DNA of 64,000 nucleotides from Camelus ferus. Taxonomy: Eukaryota. The translations under genes and the position numbers were made by a program. Positions within the stretch are counted from its first letter, which is position 1. The number at the start of each line of letters is the position of its first letter. Below are positions 1-14,554 of this stretch, in pieces. The notes beneath the pieces were generated by a model, which worked only from the letters and a program-made list of their open reading frames with translations, ran no database searches and had not been told where the DNA came from. The DNA is taken from assembly GCF_009834535.1 (NCBI RefSeq), contig NC_045697.1, forward strand, positions 77,440,001 through 77,504,000, in the 5' to 3' direction.

Positions 1-3000
1 ACCTGTCTGGGATTTTAAAAGCTCCACAGGTGATTACATAATGCACAGCTGAGGATGAGACCACTGTCTTACAGCCTTTTAATGATGCCTCACTGATATG
101 ATTTGCTAAAAGCTTAGCCATGATTCAAATAAAGTTGTCTCTAAATTTTGGTTTTAAAGCCTTCCCATCTCTGGGCTATAATCAGTTTAGATTATATAAT
201 CAATTCAGATTACAGCCCAGAGAAGCCACTAGGACTTGGCATTGGGTTGAATATAATCTTCACTTCCTTCTAGGTCTATTGTGTAAACAATGGGTTTAAG
301 AAATTTGAGAAAGTGATGTGCTAAAAAGTTTTCAGAATAATTTCCCACAAGGGAGGGAATTTACCTTAGAAGTTGTAAATTTATCTTAGAGGTATAACTA
401 TAGAAGCTTATGTTAGAAGTTTAACTTTCTACTATGATTTCTTTGCAGACTCAAAATCAGAGACTTTTTTAAGAGCTTTGTAAAGCAAAACTTTAGCACA
501 GGTGTGGCCATTTTTCATTTTCCTTTCTATAAAGTAATAGTGTACTAATTGTGGATTTTAGAGTGATTTTTATTTTCCGTATTTGTCAAGAATTTTTTTA
601 CAATGAATACACATTACTTTTATCATCAGAAAACACACGTGTTATTTTTTAAGTTAAAATTTACCATTTATATGACCACAGCCCTATAAAAAAAGTAGGA
701 AGAATGCATTCATTATAAGTTGTTGCCTTCAGATGGTAGGGACTTTGGGCAATAATTTTTTCCCTCTTGCTGTTTTGTTTTGTTTTTTCAATTTCCCAAA
801 TTTTCTGGCATAATTATGTATTACTTCTATAAAGGAAAATTAATGTATCCTAAAGTAAAAATTAATAATGGGCTCATATAAATTAGCTAAATATTCTTAA
901 TAACTTTCAAGTTGTAAAGCCAATACAACAGTAGCAATCTGTTAAAAGGATTTTATTTTAAACATTTTATTTGATTTAAATTCTTCACAATTTAAATCAT
1001 TGTATCCTTCTCAAGAGGGGGAGTCTATTTTCCCATCTTGATATTTTAATGCAAGGAGGTATTATGGTGAACCCTTTTGGTGTTTGTTTGTGTTTGTTTT
1101 TTTCTATTTTTTCCTCTCCCCTTCTTCAAGCCTTTTCTTCAAAGAAAGAGGAGCTACTAATGTGACTGGTGAAAGTCAGGCATCAATTGGCCCTGGTCCC
1201 AGGTAGCGTCCTCACAAACCGGAGACCCGCCCTCCCCCACTGCCCACCTCGTGAATTGGTTGGGACCAGATGTTTTCTGTGGCATCTGGTCTCGTGTGAT
1301 GTGCACACCCCGGCTGGGACAGAGGACAGGTTTACTTGTCTGTTCTGTGGCTGTGTGGATGACTACCGAGGCAGCTTGTGGTCTCCCGCAAACTCAATCT
1401 CTTTGTGGATCTAGTTCTTTGTTTGGGTGTCTCCCAAGGATAGAAGGAAGCATGAAGCCTCTTTTTGTCTTGAATCCAGTCATTGTTTGTTAATCAACCT
1501 TCACGTGGGCATCTTGTATGCTGAGATTTACTGCACCTCCAATAATAAGACTGTCACCATGATCTCCATGTAGGTGTCAGTGGTTTGTGTTTATGGGCTT
1601 TTGGAGCAAAATCTGGAAGGGGAATAGAACAAGGAGCAGAGGAGAGGTAAATATTGGTACCCCCAGCCTCGCATACATTCTCATAGAAGCGTTTCACTCA
1701 GTGATATCCAGCAAACGTTTATGGGGTGCCTACCACGTGTAAAACTCTTTGCAGTGGACAAAGTCTGCAAAGAATTCGCAATCTAAAGTGTGCATAAGTG
1801 CCTGTCGGGGGAGTATGTGTGTGTCTGTTGTTCAAAGAAGCACCCAGGTAATTACAATGCAATGTGGTCAATGCTAGGAGACATATTAGCAAAGAGCAAT
1901 GAGAGCAGAGAGAACGGAGGACATTTGACTCCTCCACTCCTTAGCTAATGTCACACTTCCATTTTCAGCAGGAGATCTGACAACTGTGCTTGGCAGCACA
2001 GTGTAGAAGTACCTGACAATACCTCAGAGTTTTGGGTCTCAGCCTGTTCTGCCACTATCTAGCTGGGGCACCTTTGTTCTGTGAGCATCATTTTCCTTAT
2101 TTTGGTAACAGAGAATGTTGAGGTTGGCTCTCCATGATTCCTTATGAAATGCTGTCCTCTCTTCCTTTCAGTGGATGAACGATGAACTGTAACTGGAAGT
2201 CCCTTACACTGACAATCATAGCACATACTATCTTTGAGCTAAAGACACCATAGAAGTCATCTGGTACAACCCTCTTAATTTACAGAAAAGGAAACTAACA
2301 CCCAGAAAGAAAGGTAAATGTTTTATTCAAGGTCAGAGCCACTTTTGGTCTCCAGGTTTCCTTCCTCTCGTGCCGGTGAATTATCTGAAGCCAGCTATTA
2401 AACTAGGAGAACAGAATTTGGTTAAGAGTTGCTGACTAAATGTCCAATAGAATTTGGCTCAACATAATCAGTGTAAAACAAATTTATGCAATGCAAGGGG
2501 ATTCAGGTGAGATACATTCTTTCAAGCAGTCAACTGGATGTTCTTGGCTGCAGGCAGTAAATCTCACTGGGGAAACAGCCATGAATGCTATTCTTTCTGT
2601 GTCCCAGAAATGTCACCCTTCTTCGGAATGTGATTAACTTGGTGTTAGTAACATTAAAAAAGCATGAAATAGATTGCTAGGTGTTGAATATTTTCCTTTA
2701 TTCACTTCAGAATAAATAGCATGTTTACAGCAAACTAAGTAAAAGGCCTATTATTGGGTTTTGGTGACCGCAGTGTTCTCTAACTCTTGATTTGTTTATT
2801 GTTTTTATCAGTAACTTCCAGGTGAATGTCAAGTACAGGGTCAATCAGTGTGAATGGCTCCAAGCAGTGTGGCCTGCTGGAAAAAATAGGAACAGAGCCA
2901 TCAAATGAAGTTCCAGTTTAAAGTGGACTAATTCTAGCAAAAATCAATTTGTTCAAATTTGAAGTGAGCCCAGGCACCAAATTCACTCCTGTGCCCTCCA

Positions 3001-3449
3001 ACTTTGCTCTCTGTCAGCCTCCTCCTTGTCCCCATCCAAGAACAGCACGGACAGCTGTGATAGAAAACAGGGTGTGTCTCTGGCTATGGGACTCAGATGC
3101 CACACGCCAGATTCTCTCTCTCATCTTGGCATTCGAGGTTGACATCCACACGTTGGCTTTTCTCCCTGGGCAGCTGGGAGGTTGTGTGGGGTCACAGGGC
3201 TTCTCACATGGGTACATTGGCCTCATTTCCTTCTAGGGTAGAAGTGATACATCTCCATTCCTCTTAGGGATTCCTCAGAATTTTCCAAATGAATCAGGCA
3301 GGTTTTTACCTTGGATTGATGCTGTATGTTAGGAAAGACTTCCATGAGGGTAAGACAAAACTATCAGGCACGTGGAGGATTTTGCCATTATTGAGTTTTT
3401 GGAAACTATTTGCCTGTGGGTAGATTTTTGATAGTCTTTATATTTATGT

Positions 3450-3451
<2 letters not shown>

Positions 3452-3480
<29 letters not shown>
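3452..3480. repeat. (CA)n microsatellite
   Basis: Direct read. Confidence 0.97.
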
Positions 3481-3482
<2 letters not shown>

Positions 3483-6400
3483 CACTACAAGATGTTTCCT
3501 ATTCCTTTTACTTTTAACCTACTAGTCATTCATTTCTTTACTTGACAAAGATATACTGAGTGTCTGCTCTATGCCAGGCACTATCTCTGTATTGACAAGA
3601 TGTATGGCTGGTCATAGGACTTAGGAATCTGGTAAGAGACTTGGAGTAGCTCCCTCTGAGATAACTTTGAATAAAAACAAGCCAGTCACCAAGCAGTAAT
3701 AACTTTAGAGTCATAAAAGGAAATGGGAAATTTATAATATCCAGGTACTATTCCCAGCTCAAGCTTTCTTGGTTATGTGATCATGAGTTAATTAACGTAG
3801 TTGACATTTTCCTCAGAGTAAAGGAGTTCTTTGAGTTAGGAAGTAGAAACTGATTCCTGTAGTGCTGCAAGAAAGGGTCAAACACCACCAATTCCTTCAG
3901 ATAAATTCCAAGCCTATTATAAATACTTTTTAAATCCAGACAATCCTGTAAACTTTCATATATGAATTATCATTGATACATTAAAAATGATTTCCAATTT
4001 TTTATTTGATTCTATGTTTTTTGTACTTTTCTCAGTAAATATGGAAATAAAAAAATATGCTTTCCCCCATAAATGAAAAAATCTTCAATTTGCAGCCCAA
4101 AGCCCTGCATTTGTCTTTTAATCCCTAGGCCAATATAATCCATATTTGACTACCCTCCTGGGGGCTATGCTTCCTTTTCTAAGCATTTGCTTTTTTCTCA
4201 AAGAATGGTGAGTCATGAGACCAAGTGTTCTTGAAGACTCAGATGTGGATCAAGACTATTACATATCTAATACTTGCTACACATGAAACACTCCCCATGG
4301 AAACTTGTTTTAAAAATTCATAATCACATTACATTATTACTTTAACCCTCATTTGAAGAAAAGAGAAACATTTAATACTATTAAACAGACAAGCTTGATA
4401 AGAAGTAATGGAAAATCTCATCTTGAAGAGACACAATGGTGGGCCAACCCTTAAAAGGAATTTTGAAGGAAATGCTTTAGTAAATCCCTACATATACATC
4501 AAAAAAAAAAAAATAGACTGAAGGGAAACTTCCTAGTTTAGTAAGGTAGAAATATGAAATTATCATATAAAACAGTACTAATTAAGCTCATGTTTCTACC
4601 CACACATGCCTAGCTTCAATAATTATGTCAAGTAAACATCTACTTTATTAGTAATTGTCAGGGAAAATCCGTAGTGTTGAGGCTTTGTGTTTCTCTTCCG
4701 AAGCTGGAAATATGTAATATGATGGATTAAAATTAATTTGATAACAATGGGCAATACAGAGATTTGAAATTTTAAACCAAGCTTTTTTTGAGAATTATTT
4801 TATCTTAATTTACATCTCAATTTTTAAGCAGAATGTATGTTTTGGACTCCCAAACGTTCATGACACGATCTAGTGAGACTCAATAGAGGATCCTTACCTA
4901 GGAGGTCTTGAATTCCAGATAGAATTTTGAATAGTTTAAGTGTGGCTTTGCTGGAGGCAAGGAAACATCCTAAGGGAATTACACTCCCAGTGTGATCTTC
5001 CTTTTAATAAATAAGGTAGTCAGAAGGTAAGCACGATCAGAGGCAGCAGACCTGAGGGGTTTTTAGGTTATAAGAGAAGTGAACTTAATGCTCTTTATCT
5101 GAAGGTCAGTGAATTTACTAAGTCACCTTTAAAATTACAACTTTAAACAACACAATCTTAAATTAAAAAGGGGGGAAACCCATACTCTCACTGCTGGTCA
5201 AATAAGCTATTTTCAATTTTTCTGTGTTTCTTATCTGTTATATGAAATAATAAATACTGTAATTGTAGGATAGATAAGAGATAGTGTGTTTTTCTGTTAA
5301 TATTGTGGTAAACATTTCCTTTTTAATGACTATATCATATTCTCATAATAATTTAACTATTTTTGTTGTAAATGAAAGCTATTTCTAATTTTTGCTACCA
5401 TGAATAACATTATAATACCTATTTGTATGATTATAACTTCTTTTTTTAGTGGAGAGATTATTCCTTTAGGGAGAAATTGCCAGGAGTGAGATTACATGGT
5501 CAACGCCTATGAATATTTTTATGGCTCTGAAATGTGTTGCCAAATTGCTTGCTAAAAGGGTTGCACCAAATGCATGCTGGCTTCAAAGGTCAGACTTATT
5601 TTGATATGAGATGAACGTATGTGTAATATTAAACTAACCGTTTACCAACTAGGGGGGAAACAAAACGTATCATTTCTCAACATATAGAATAAGAATATAA
5701 TCCAGGAATCTGCCAAAGTCTGTCATATTGTGAATAGGCCAGGCAGTCAAAAACCTCAGTCCTGTTCATTTTGGTCATAATTATAAATAGATTCTTTCTT
5801 CTGGAAGTTACATTTTGGACAAGCTGTGGCCTCAGACCCAGGTATGATAATTTCAGCTATTCTTGCCCCAGCACACATGGGAAGTCTGAGGCTGTGATTC
5901 TACTTGTATATACACCTGGTAATCTCCTCTGAGGGAATTATGAAGATTACAGCTCTCTCCTTTACTCTGTGGAAACAATGTAATGTTCCATTTAATTAAA
6001 AAAAAAAAAGGCAGTCAGATTCTGATGTATAGTTTAAAAACGTTGCACTTCAGAGGTTTCATCTGCACAATGCCAGAGTTACATAATTCTGTTATTCTTG
6101 GTTTAGCAGGCACATTTCATGAAAGGGCTAAAGTGAACACGTGAATGCACCCAGGGAAATTGGAGCCACAGGTGACCTATGAGAACGGATCCTTCCCTTG
6201 ACACAAACTTAATTCAAGTGAGCTATCACAGGATCTGAGATTCAGTGTTTTAATTGCCCCAGGAATGTCTTGGTCTCAGCAAAAACAGCTAAATTCCTTC
6301 CTCTTTTTTTTCTCCAATATACTTAAAGTCTTTGTGTAAAATTTGGAATAACACCATTTATTGCTTATTGCACAAACAAGATACTCACTTGCATTCATTC

Positions 6401-7079
6401 TTGAGGTTGTTTTCCTACACTCACATTTGACTTCTCTGTCTTGAGCACTGATTTTAACTTCCTTGAAGATCAGAACATCTAGTTACTTAATTTAATGACT
6501 GCCTCTCTTTCATATTATCTCCAGGCATACCTTTATGGATCACTGAAAAAGGCTACTTCATTTTCCAACACAAATTATGGCATTCACCAGCAGCCAAAGA
6601 GATCTCACCAAGTGGAATTTTAAACATAGACACCAAAGAAGTTGGCAAAAGAGAAGAGAAGAATGGCTGTGATAACCCTTATGCTCCTGTCGGTGTCCCG
6701 GTCTCAGGACCAGCTTGAGGGATGGGCACTCATCTTAGCATTATTAGTAACATAAAAGAAGCCCTAGAGAGTAGTGGTTTAGGCTCACGCTCTAGAGTCA
6801 GACAGACATGGAGTTTTTGTCTGAAGGAGATCTTCACTTAATAGCTCTGAGATTTTGGGCAAGGTCCTTAACTTCTCTAACCCCAAATTTACCTTCCATA
6901 AAATGGAGTCATGTCTACTTTTCATAAGGACGTGATGGAAGCTTTTCTTTCTCATCTTTTTCCTGATAGTGGCTCCTGACTGATGGCAAGTAAAGATAGC
7001 TGATGTTTGAGGAAAAAAATGATTTTGTATCTTATTTTTAATTTTACCTCTGGTATTGTGGGCAAAATATTAGGCTTTG

Positions 7080-8590
7080 GACTCAGTGAAAAAACTCATA
7101 TAATAAGGTTGCAGGATACAAAGTCCACGTATAAAACTCAGTTTTATTTCTGTAAAAGAGCAACAAACAACTAGAAAATAAAATTGAAGAATTATTCATT
7201 TGTAAGAGCATTCAAAAAACATAAAATACAAATAAACTTAACAAAAGATATGTAAAGCTCTACACTGGGAAGTCAAAAACATTGATGAGAGAATTAAAGA
7301 AGACCTAAATAAATGGAGAAGTATATAATCATAGATTAGGAGGCTTAATATTTTAAGAATATCAGTTCTTCCCAAACTGAACTGTATATTCAGTGAATAT
7401 ATGTGTGGAGAAAAATAAACTTCAATCTCGCATAATATATATAAACATTAATAAAGATGAATCACAAACACCAACATAAAAGCTAAAACTCTAAATGTGC
7501 CTAGAAAAAAAATAGGAGAATATATTGAGAGATTAAAGCAGGTAACAATTTATTAGAGTTAACACAGACAAAAAGCATATCCATAAAGAAAAACATTGAT
7601 AAATTGGACTTAATCAAACCTAAAATGTTTTGCTCATGAAAAGACAGTATGAAGAAAATGAATAGATAAGCATGGACTGGGAGAAAATATTTCTTATACG
7701 TAGATCTGACATATGTATTTACATATTTATAATACATAGATCAGATTTATATCCAAAATATATGTAAAGATCTATAAATCAATTAAAAAAATTAAAAACA
7801 CAATGAAGAAACAGGCAAAAGATTTGAATAGACATCTCACAAAAGAAGATACATGAATGATCAATCAACATATGAAAAGATGGTCATCACCATTATTCAT
7901 CAGGGAAAGGCAAATTAAAATTGCAACGTAATATTCTGTTACACCTACTAAAATATTTAAAATTAAAAAAGACTGACAATACCAAATGCCAGTGAGGATG
8001 TGGAACACCTGGAACTCCCATGCATTGCCTGTGAGAGTATAAAATGGAGCACTCACTTTGGAAAAATGTTTGGCAGCTTATTATGGAGTTAAACATGTAC
8101 CTACCCTGTGAACCAGCAATTAGGTATTAACTGAAGAGAAATGAAAACAGTCATTGAGCCAAACCTGGAAACAATCCAAATGTCCATCAACAGGAGAATG
8201 GACAAACAAATTTTGATCTATTCATACAGAAGAATACTTCCCAGCAATTAAAAAAAAATGTAGTACTGATACACACAACATGGGTGAACAGCAAAAACAT
8301 TATGGTGAACAAAAGAAGTCAGACACAAAAGCAAACCTACTGCAGGACTACGTTTCTATAAAGCTCAAGAACAGATAAAACTAACCTATGATGATGGAAA
8401 TCAGAACAATGGTTGCCTGTGGACGTGGGTGGGACTGACTGCAGAGGAGCACAAGGGAAATTTTGGCAGTAATGGAAACATTTCATATCTGCTTGAGGTA
8501 TTAGTTTAATGTGTATATATTTTTACCAAAACTCATCAGATTTTACACTGAAGATCTGTTCACTTTATATAAATTGAACTTGAATAAAAA
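7080..8590 (+). mobile_element. Old L1 (L1M) 3' ORF2/3'UTR fragment
   Basis: GAAGACCTAAATAAATGGA, CTGGAAACAATCCAAATGTCCATCAACAGGAGAATGG, terminal AATAAA. Confidence 0.9.
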
Positions 8591-8982
8591 TACAAAGTGA
8601 CTGCATCTCAATTGGAAGTCAGGCTGAGAAAAACCAAGTGAAAGCAACTTTGTGTCTCTATTATTTGAAAATTTAAAAATATACCATTTACTCAAATGTT
8701 TTCTCTCCATCATCTATTTTGTACAGCTTTCCAGTCAAATAATTTCTATCTGAAAGTAGAAGAGGGAAAGAAGATACTACTTCACAGTTTAATAAATATA
8801 ATAAGAGCAAAGGAAGAGCTGCAAACTAGAGCCTAGCATTTTCATTAGTTTCCAGCAATAGTTTTAATTCTATGAAGTTATAGCATCTCCAGTACTCTTG
8901 TCAAGCTTTCAGATGCTCTATACCTAATGGAACTATGCTTCCTACAGATGCAGCAGAATTGAAGGTGAGGGGAAAGATTGTA

Positions 8983-9284
8983 CAGTCAGACCTCCACATC
9001 TGTGGGTTCCACGTCTGCATATTCAACCAACTGTGCATGGAAAATATTTGGAAAAAAATTTCAGAAAGTTTCAAAAAGCCAAACTTGAACTTGCCACATG
9101 ATGGCTACCATTTACATAGCATTTACGTTGTATTACATATTATAAGTAATCTAGATATGCTTTAAAGTTTAAGGGGAGCATGTGTGTAGGCTACACGCAA
9201 ATAAAACGTCCATTTTATATAAGGGAATTGGGTGTCTGAGGGGGTTCCTGGAAGCAATCCCCAGCAAATATCAAGGGACGACAG
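8983..9284 (-). mobile_element. MER2B-like Tigger MITE
   Basis: TA|CAGTCAGACCTCC...GGGACGAC termini; reverse complement of the copy at 42664. Confidence 0.85.
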
Positions 9285-9349
9285 AATCTTGGACAATAGA
9301 AAAATCAGAGTTCTTTCCATTAACTTTGACATTTTTAGAAGTTAAAATA

Positions 9350-9780
9350 CCTGAGAGAACAATGAAGGAGGGATGGTTGGAGGAGGTCATCAAGAGGACG
9401 TGACCACCGGTTGACCCGAGGGTCCTCACCGGCTTCCCTGCCCTTGGAATGTATGTTCTGCCCACTGTTCTCATAACTGGAGCCATTTCAAGGACACAGC
9501 CTTGAGAGAACGATGTATTGCTGAGACCACCTGGACGGTATATGTGACTGAACCCAATCAGGGCCTCTACATAAAAGTTTAAGATTCTGCGGGGTGGGTG
9601 TGGAGATGTACTCATTTTGCAGATGTCCAAGACAAGCCTCATAAGTAAGTTCGCTTGCTTATTAAACCTGCCGCCTTCCAACTGGACGTGGTCTGCCTCT
9701 TTCTTTGGTCTCTTCCTGCCTTCCAGGGTACAGGGGCCAGTTTAGAATTTCACCCAGGGAACTCCTGAGATTGTAAACCA
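9350..9780 (+). mobile_element. Probable ERV solo LTR (5' boundary uncertain)
   Basis: CCAAT, CATAAAA, ATTAAA in order, ends AAACCA; no TSD established. Confidence 0.6.
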
Positions 9781-10149
9781 GTAAGTATGCTGAGACTATG
9801 TAAATAAATGCAATGCAGTCTAGAATGAGCCTTTTTTTAAAAAAAAAAAAGTTAAACTTTGTTGCTGCTTCACAGAATTGGGGATTATATATGATGGATT
9901 GTTATGCTCTTTTTAAAATACACACCCAGTTTCTGGAGGCTTGTTTCTTCCTCTTGGTCAGGGGAACCTTTCCAGGTGACTGGGGTGGATTTAGCAGAAA
10001 GATGGAGCGTGGTTAGGATTCCTCTTTTACTTGTTGTTTACCAAGGGCTTTTAAAAATCTGATTTCATTTGGTAGAGGCGTGGCATTACTTAATCTGTGC
10101 ATTAGGCATAGTATTACTTAATTGGCTAGTGACTCCTCTCCCCTTTTCT

Positions 10150-10812
10150 TTTTAAATTATAAGTTTTTCTTAAAAGCAATTTTGGGTTTACAGAAAAATT
10201 GTGCAAGTATGGAGAGTTCCCTCCAGTTTTTATGATTATACCTGGCACTAATGTGGTCCATTTTCTACAACTGATGAGCCAATACTGCTGCATTATTATC
10301 AACCAAAGTTCATAGTTTACATTGGGGTTCACTCTTATTGTTGTACATTCTGTGGGTGGTGATAAATGTATAATGGCGTATATCCACCATCATATCATGC
10401 AGAATAGTTTCACTGCCCTAGAAACCCTTTGTGCTCCCCCTGCTCATCTTTCATCCATCGCAACCCCTGACAATCACTGATCTTTTTACTGTTTCCATAG
10501 TTTTCCTTTTTCAGAATGCCTGTATATTGAATTCATACAGTATGTAGCCTTTCAAATCGGCTTCTTGGCACTTAGCAATATGCATTTATGATTCCCTCAT
10601 GTCATTAGTGGCTTGATGGTTCATTTCATTTTATTTCTGAATGAAATTCCATTGTATGGATGTACCACAGTTTGTGTATCCATTCATCTACTGAAGGACA
10701 TCTTCCAACTTTTTGAAGTTATGAATAAACTGCAGTAAATATTCATGTGTAGGGTATTTAGTGGACATAAGTTTTCAGCTCATTTTGATAAACAAAGGAG
10801 CACAATTGCCCT
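10150..10812 (-). mobile_element. L1MA/MB 3'UTR fragment
   Basis: TTCCATTGTATGGATGTACCACAGTTTG, CATTCATCTACTGAAGGACATCTT hallmarks. Confidence 0.88.
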
Positions 10813-13455
10813 TCTTTTTCAATATAGTTCTTATACCTGGTATTCATATCTTGATAAACTATAATTTGCCTTCATAGCTAATTCCTATGCCTGTGATCTT
10901 AATTTCATTTCCTTAATACTATTTCAATTTCTGCCACTTATGAATCACTAAGAATGTCAGACATATGTCAAAAACTTTCTGAAAATTAAGAAAATATTTT
11001 CAAATTTTGTAGGAACTGTCCTGATATAGTTGACATTTATTGATAGAGGTGGACCATGAAATGGCCTGTGTACTCTTTTCTGTGGGGTGGACATTTAATA
11101 ATTACTCCTACCAAAATGCACTGCCTTGCCACTCCTGGTCCCCGCAATCATATCCACATGTGTAGTGTAAGTTTTGCTCTTTCTTTTGACAATGCTCTGG
11201 TCTGTTTATTCTGATCAACAACCACCATCTAATGAGGAGCAAAGAATGACTTCAGAGTTTATGTTCTCCATTAATGTGTGTGACATTGGGTAAAATTCTC
11301 AGCCTTTCTGGTTGTCAATGTCCTCATTTGTGAAATGGGGCAATAACATGCACCTTGCAAGGAGGTGTTAAGGATTGGAAGCCTTGTGAATAAAGCATCT
11401 GTACTTCCTATATGCCTGGCACACAGGAAGTAGTCTGTGGATGGTGTGGTGGTGGTGATGATTAGTAACAGTTGTGTGTTATAATATGTATTATATGTCT
11501 GCTATATATGTAATACAGCAAACCTATACGCCAGGTGAATTAAGTGCTTTGTGCTTCAGTAAGGAAATTTTATATGAAGAGTTAGAATGATGACCAGCAC
11601 ACATAAACATGTCTTCCAACTGCCTCCCTTCTCCTATTGCTGTCCACTCACATTCAAAAGCATTCAGAGCTGTCTCCTTGCCATGAGCATCTAACTCTCT
11701 TACGGACCTGCCAACAGGTCTCCTCCCACCCAGCTGTATTACCTCAGGACCTAAGGATCTAATAAATAAGCAATTATTTGCTTTGTCCTGTTCCACCTAC
11801 GGTCAGCATGGCCTTCTTTTCCATGCCCATCTGAGGCTTCCTAACTACTCCAGGAAGCTTTGCTGTATGCTCTGGTCCACAGAGTTTGTCATAGTTCCCC
11901 TTCTTTCCTGACACCCCCAGAATACTTGGTTCCTGGCCATTCATTTGCTCGAACTCATAAACCCTTCTTTGTGGTGGTGGTCAGTCAACCTCAGCAAGCC
12001 CTTGAGCTTAGGGACCCTGCCTTCTGTTGCCTGTAATCCATGCAGGGCCCTATCACATATAACTCTCTAATTAGTCAATGAGTTCATTAATTTGACTCAA
12101 TTCCAGAAGCTAAAATTTATCAGGCAGCTCAAACCTATAAAGCTACAGTAGATTTCTGGGCAACTTTCAAATAAGGAGGACGTTCATTTGTCCAGGAGAG
12201 GTTCAATTTTATTTAGAATTAAGAATATGGATTTACTAAATATCTCTGGATGTCCTTTCTAGGTGGGTAGCCCTGTCCTGTGTTTTTGCCATTTGGGCAA
12301 CACTAGGCTGTCTGTGAATTAGGTGGGATTGATGTTTACCATGATTGTTCAGCATCGACCATACCTGTGTTGACTCCATCGTCTCCTAAGGGGCTTATAC
12401 TCAACCTTAATGATAAATATTAGCCCAGGTGACATGTAATTCAGAAAGCAAGCCTTTTTACAACCAAAAGTGATATGAGAGATTCAAAATTCAAATAAAA
12501 TATAGCTGTTGATTATTTCATATTTGTGTCCATATCATTCTCGTCTCTTTTCTCTAACACAGCTGGATGCTTGACTGTCCTCTAAGTTACTTCTACTGCT
12601 GTCACCTGGGACCCAGCTGTGTGTTTTTGCTGGAGGGGAAGCTCATTAACAAAGTTAGTAGCTCAGTGCAGGTTATTTGTAGGACATTCATTCTGAGGCT
12701 TGAGTCTGAGTGAGTCCAGAAAGCAATGGAATATTCCATGTATCCCCCCCACATGACTTCTGCTGCCCCCTAGGCTCTGTTTCTCCTATAAGGGGTCAGA
12801 GCTGTCTGGCAGAGGCCAGCTGAAATCAGAGGAATCCTGACTTTGGCTGTTTCAGTAAAGTGACCCAGTATTTGAGGAATGATGAGGACATAATTAAATA
12901 TGAGCAAAAGGCTTGGAGTAATTCCTGTTCTCCATAAGGGGTGTTCATTAGTGTGACTGTTATTTTTGTGACTACTTTGCTTTATCAACATTTTGACTAG
13001 CACTTGGAATGCTACCTCTGGGCAACTTAAATGAAAACTTGTTTTCCAGGATGAAGTAAATTGGCAGAAATTTCCACTGTTCATCAAATCTGGTATAAAT
13101 GGTTTGCCTGAGCTGGATATTTCTGGGTTCTGGGTCCTTGGTGCACTTCTGAAGAAATGACTGCTGTTTCTCCAAGTAAAATATGGATGAGGAGACAGCA
13201 AATCCACATTTCAAGCTTTTATTTTCTCTCACTGATACGTGAAAAGATAGCCTAAATTGTCAGAGAAGGATCAGTGTGCAGTTATGCCAGATTCCCAATG
13301 CTTCTCAGATTTTGTGCTATTAGCGTATTTTTTCCAACAGGCTCTATGATAACAATCCCTTCCTTTCCCTGCACTCCTGGCCCCTCCGATATTTAATTAT
13401 GGTTCTGCTGAAAGAAAAGGTATCTGTGCATACTGCAGCTCTTCGTCTGGTGTCA

Positions 13456-13465
13456 GGGATTTCCC
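13456..13465 (+). promoter_or_regulatory. Consensus NF-kB site GGGATTTCCC
   Basis: Matches GGGRNNYYCC about 500 nt upstream of TSS; function unproven. Confidence 0.4.
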
Positions 13466-13859
13466 TTTGATTTGGAAAGAATAATCTTTCAAATTCCGCT
13501 ATAAACTATACAGGGGGGAGAAAGATAGATTAAGCTCCAGGAATGTGTACTGGTGTTGACATTTTGTTCAAATAATGAGCTGGGGGTGAATTTTCTTTAG
13601 TTTCACTCAGGTGAATGATCAATTGCTCTAAGTCTGAATTATCAGCAGTGCTGTTCACCATTGATGTATATGACGTGGTTTAACCTTGTCTCCATCCTTC
13701 CATATATTAACACATAGCCAATATTCAACAGGTACCTCCAAGACACCAGGAGCAACTCCACAGCCCCCTCATTGCTCTCTCCCCGGTTCTGTCCGGAATG
13801 TTTATGGTGAACAGCCAGCTATCTCCTCCTTGGCAGGCATCCCTGCTTCCCTGTAACCT

Positions 13860-13969
13860 GGAATTGCCCACATTTGCCTTTGCAAACAGAGGCTCACTCA
13901 AGTGTCACTAAAGGAGAGGGGTGGAGCCACAAAGGCTTTAAAAAGGAAAGGCGAGTCATTCTATTTTTC
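13860..13969 (+). promoter_or_regulatory. EGF core promoter: atypical TATA TTTAAAA (13937), AP-1-like CGAGTCA (13952), kB-like GGGAATTGCCC (13860)
   Basis: Motifs read directly; TTTAAA about 30 nt upstream of the inferred TSS agrees with the atypical TATA described for the mouse Egf promoter. Confidence 0.7.

Positions 13970-14554
<585 letters not shown>

Noticed and set aside
1..7000. Exons of a neighbouring upstream gene
   Set aside because: No recognisable coding exons; only MER5/MIR fragments and AT-rich DNA
12770..13232. Overlapping 145-aa and 86-aa minus ORFs upstream of the promoter
   Set aside because: Non-ATG starts, no domain or splice support
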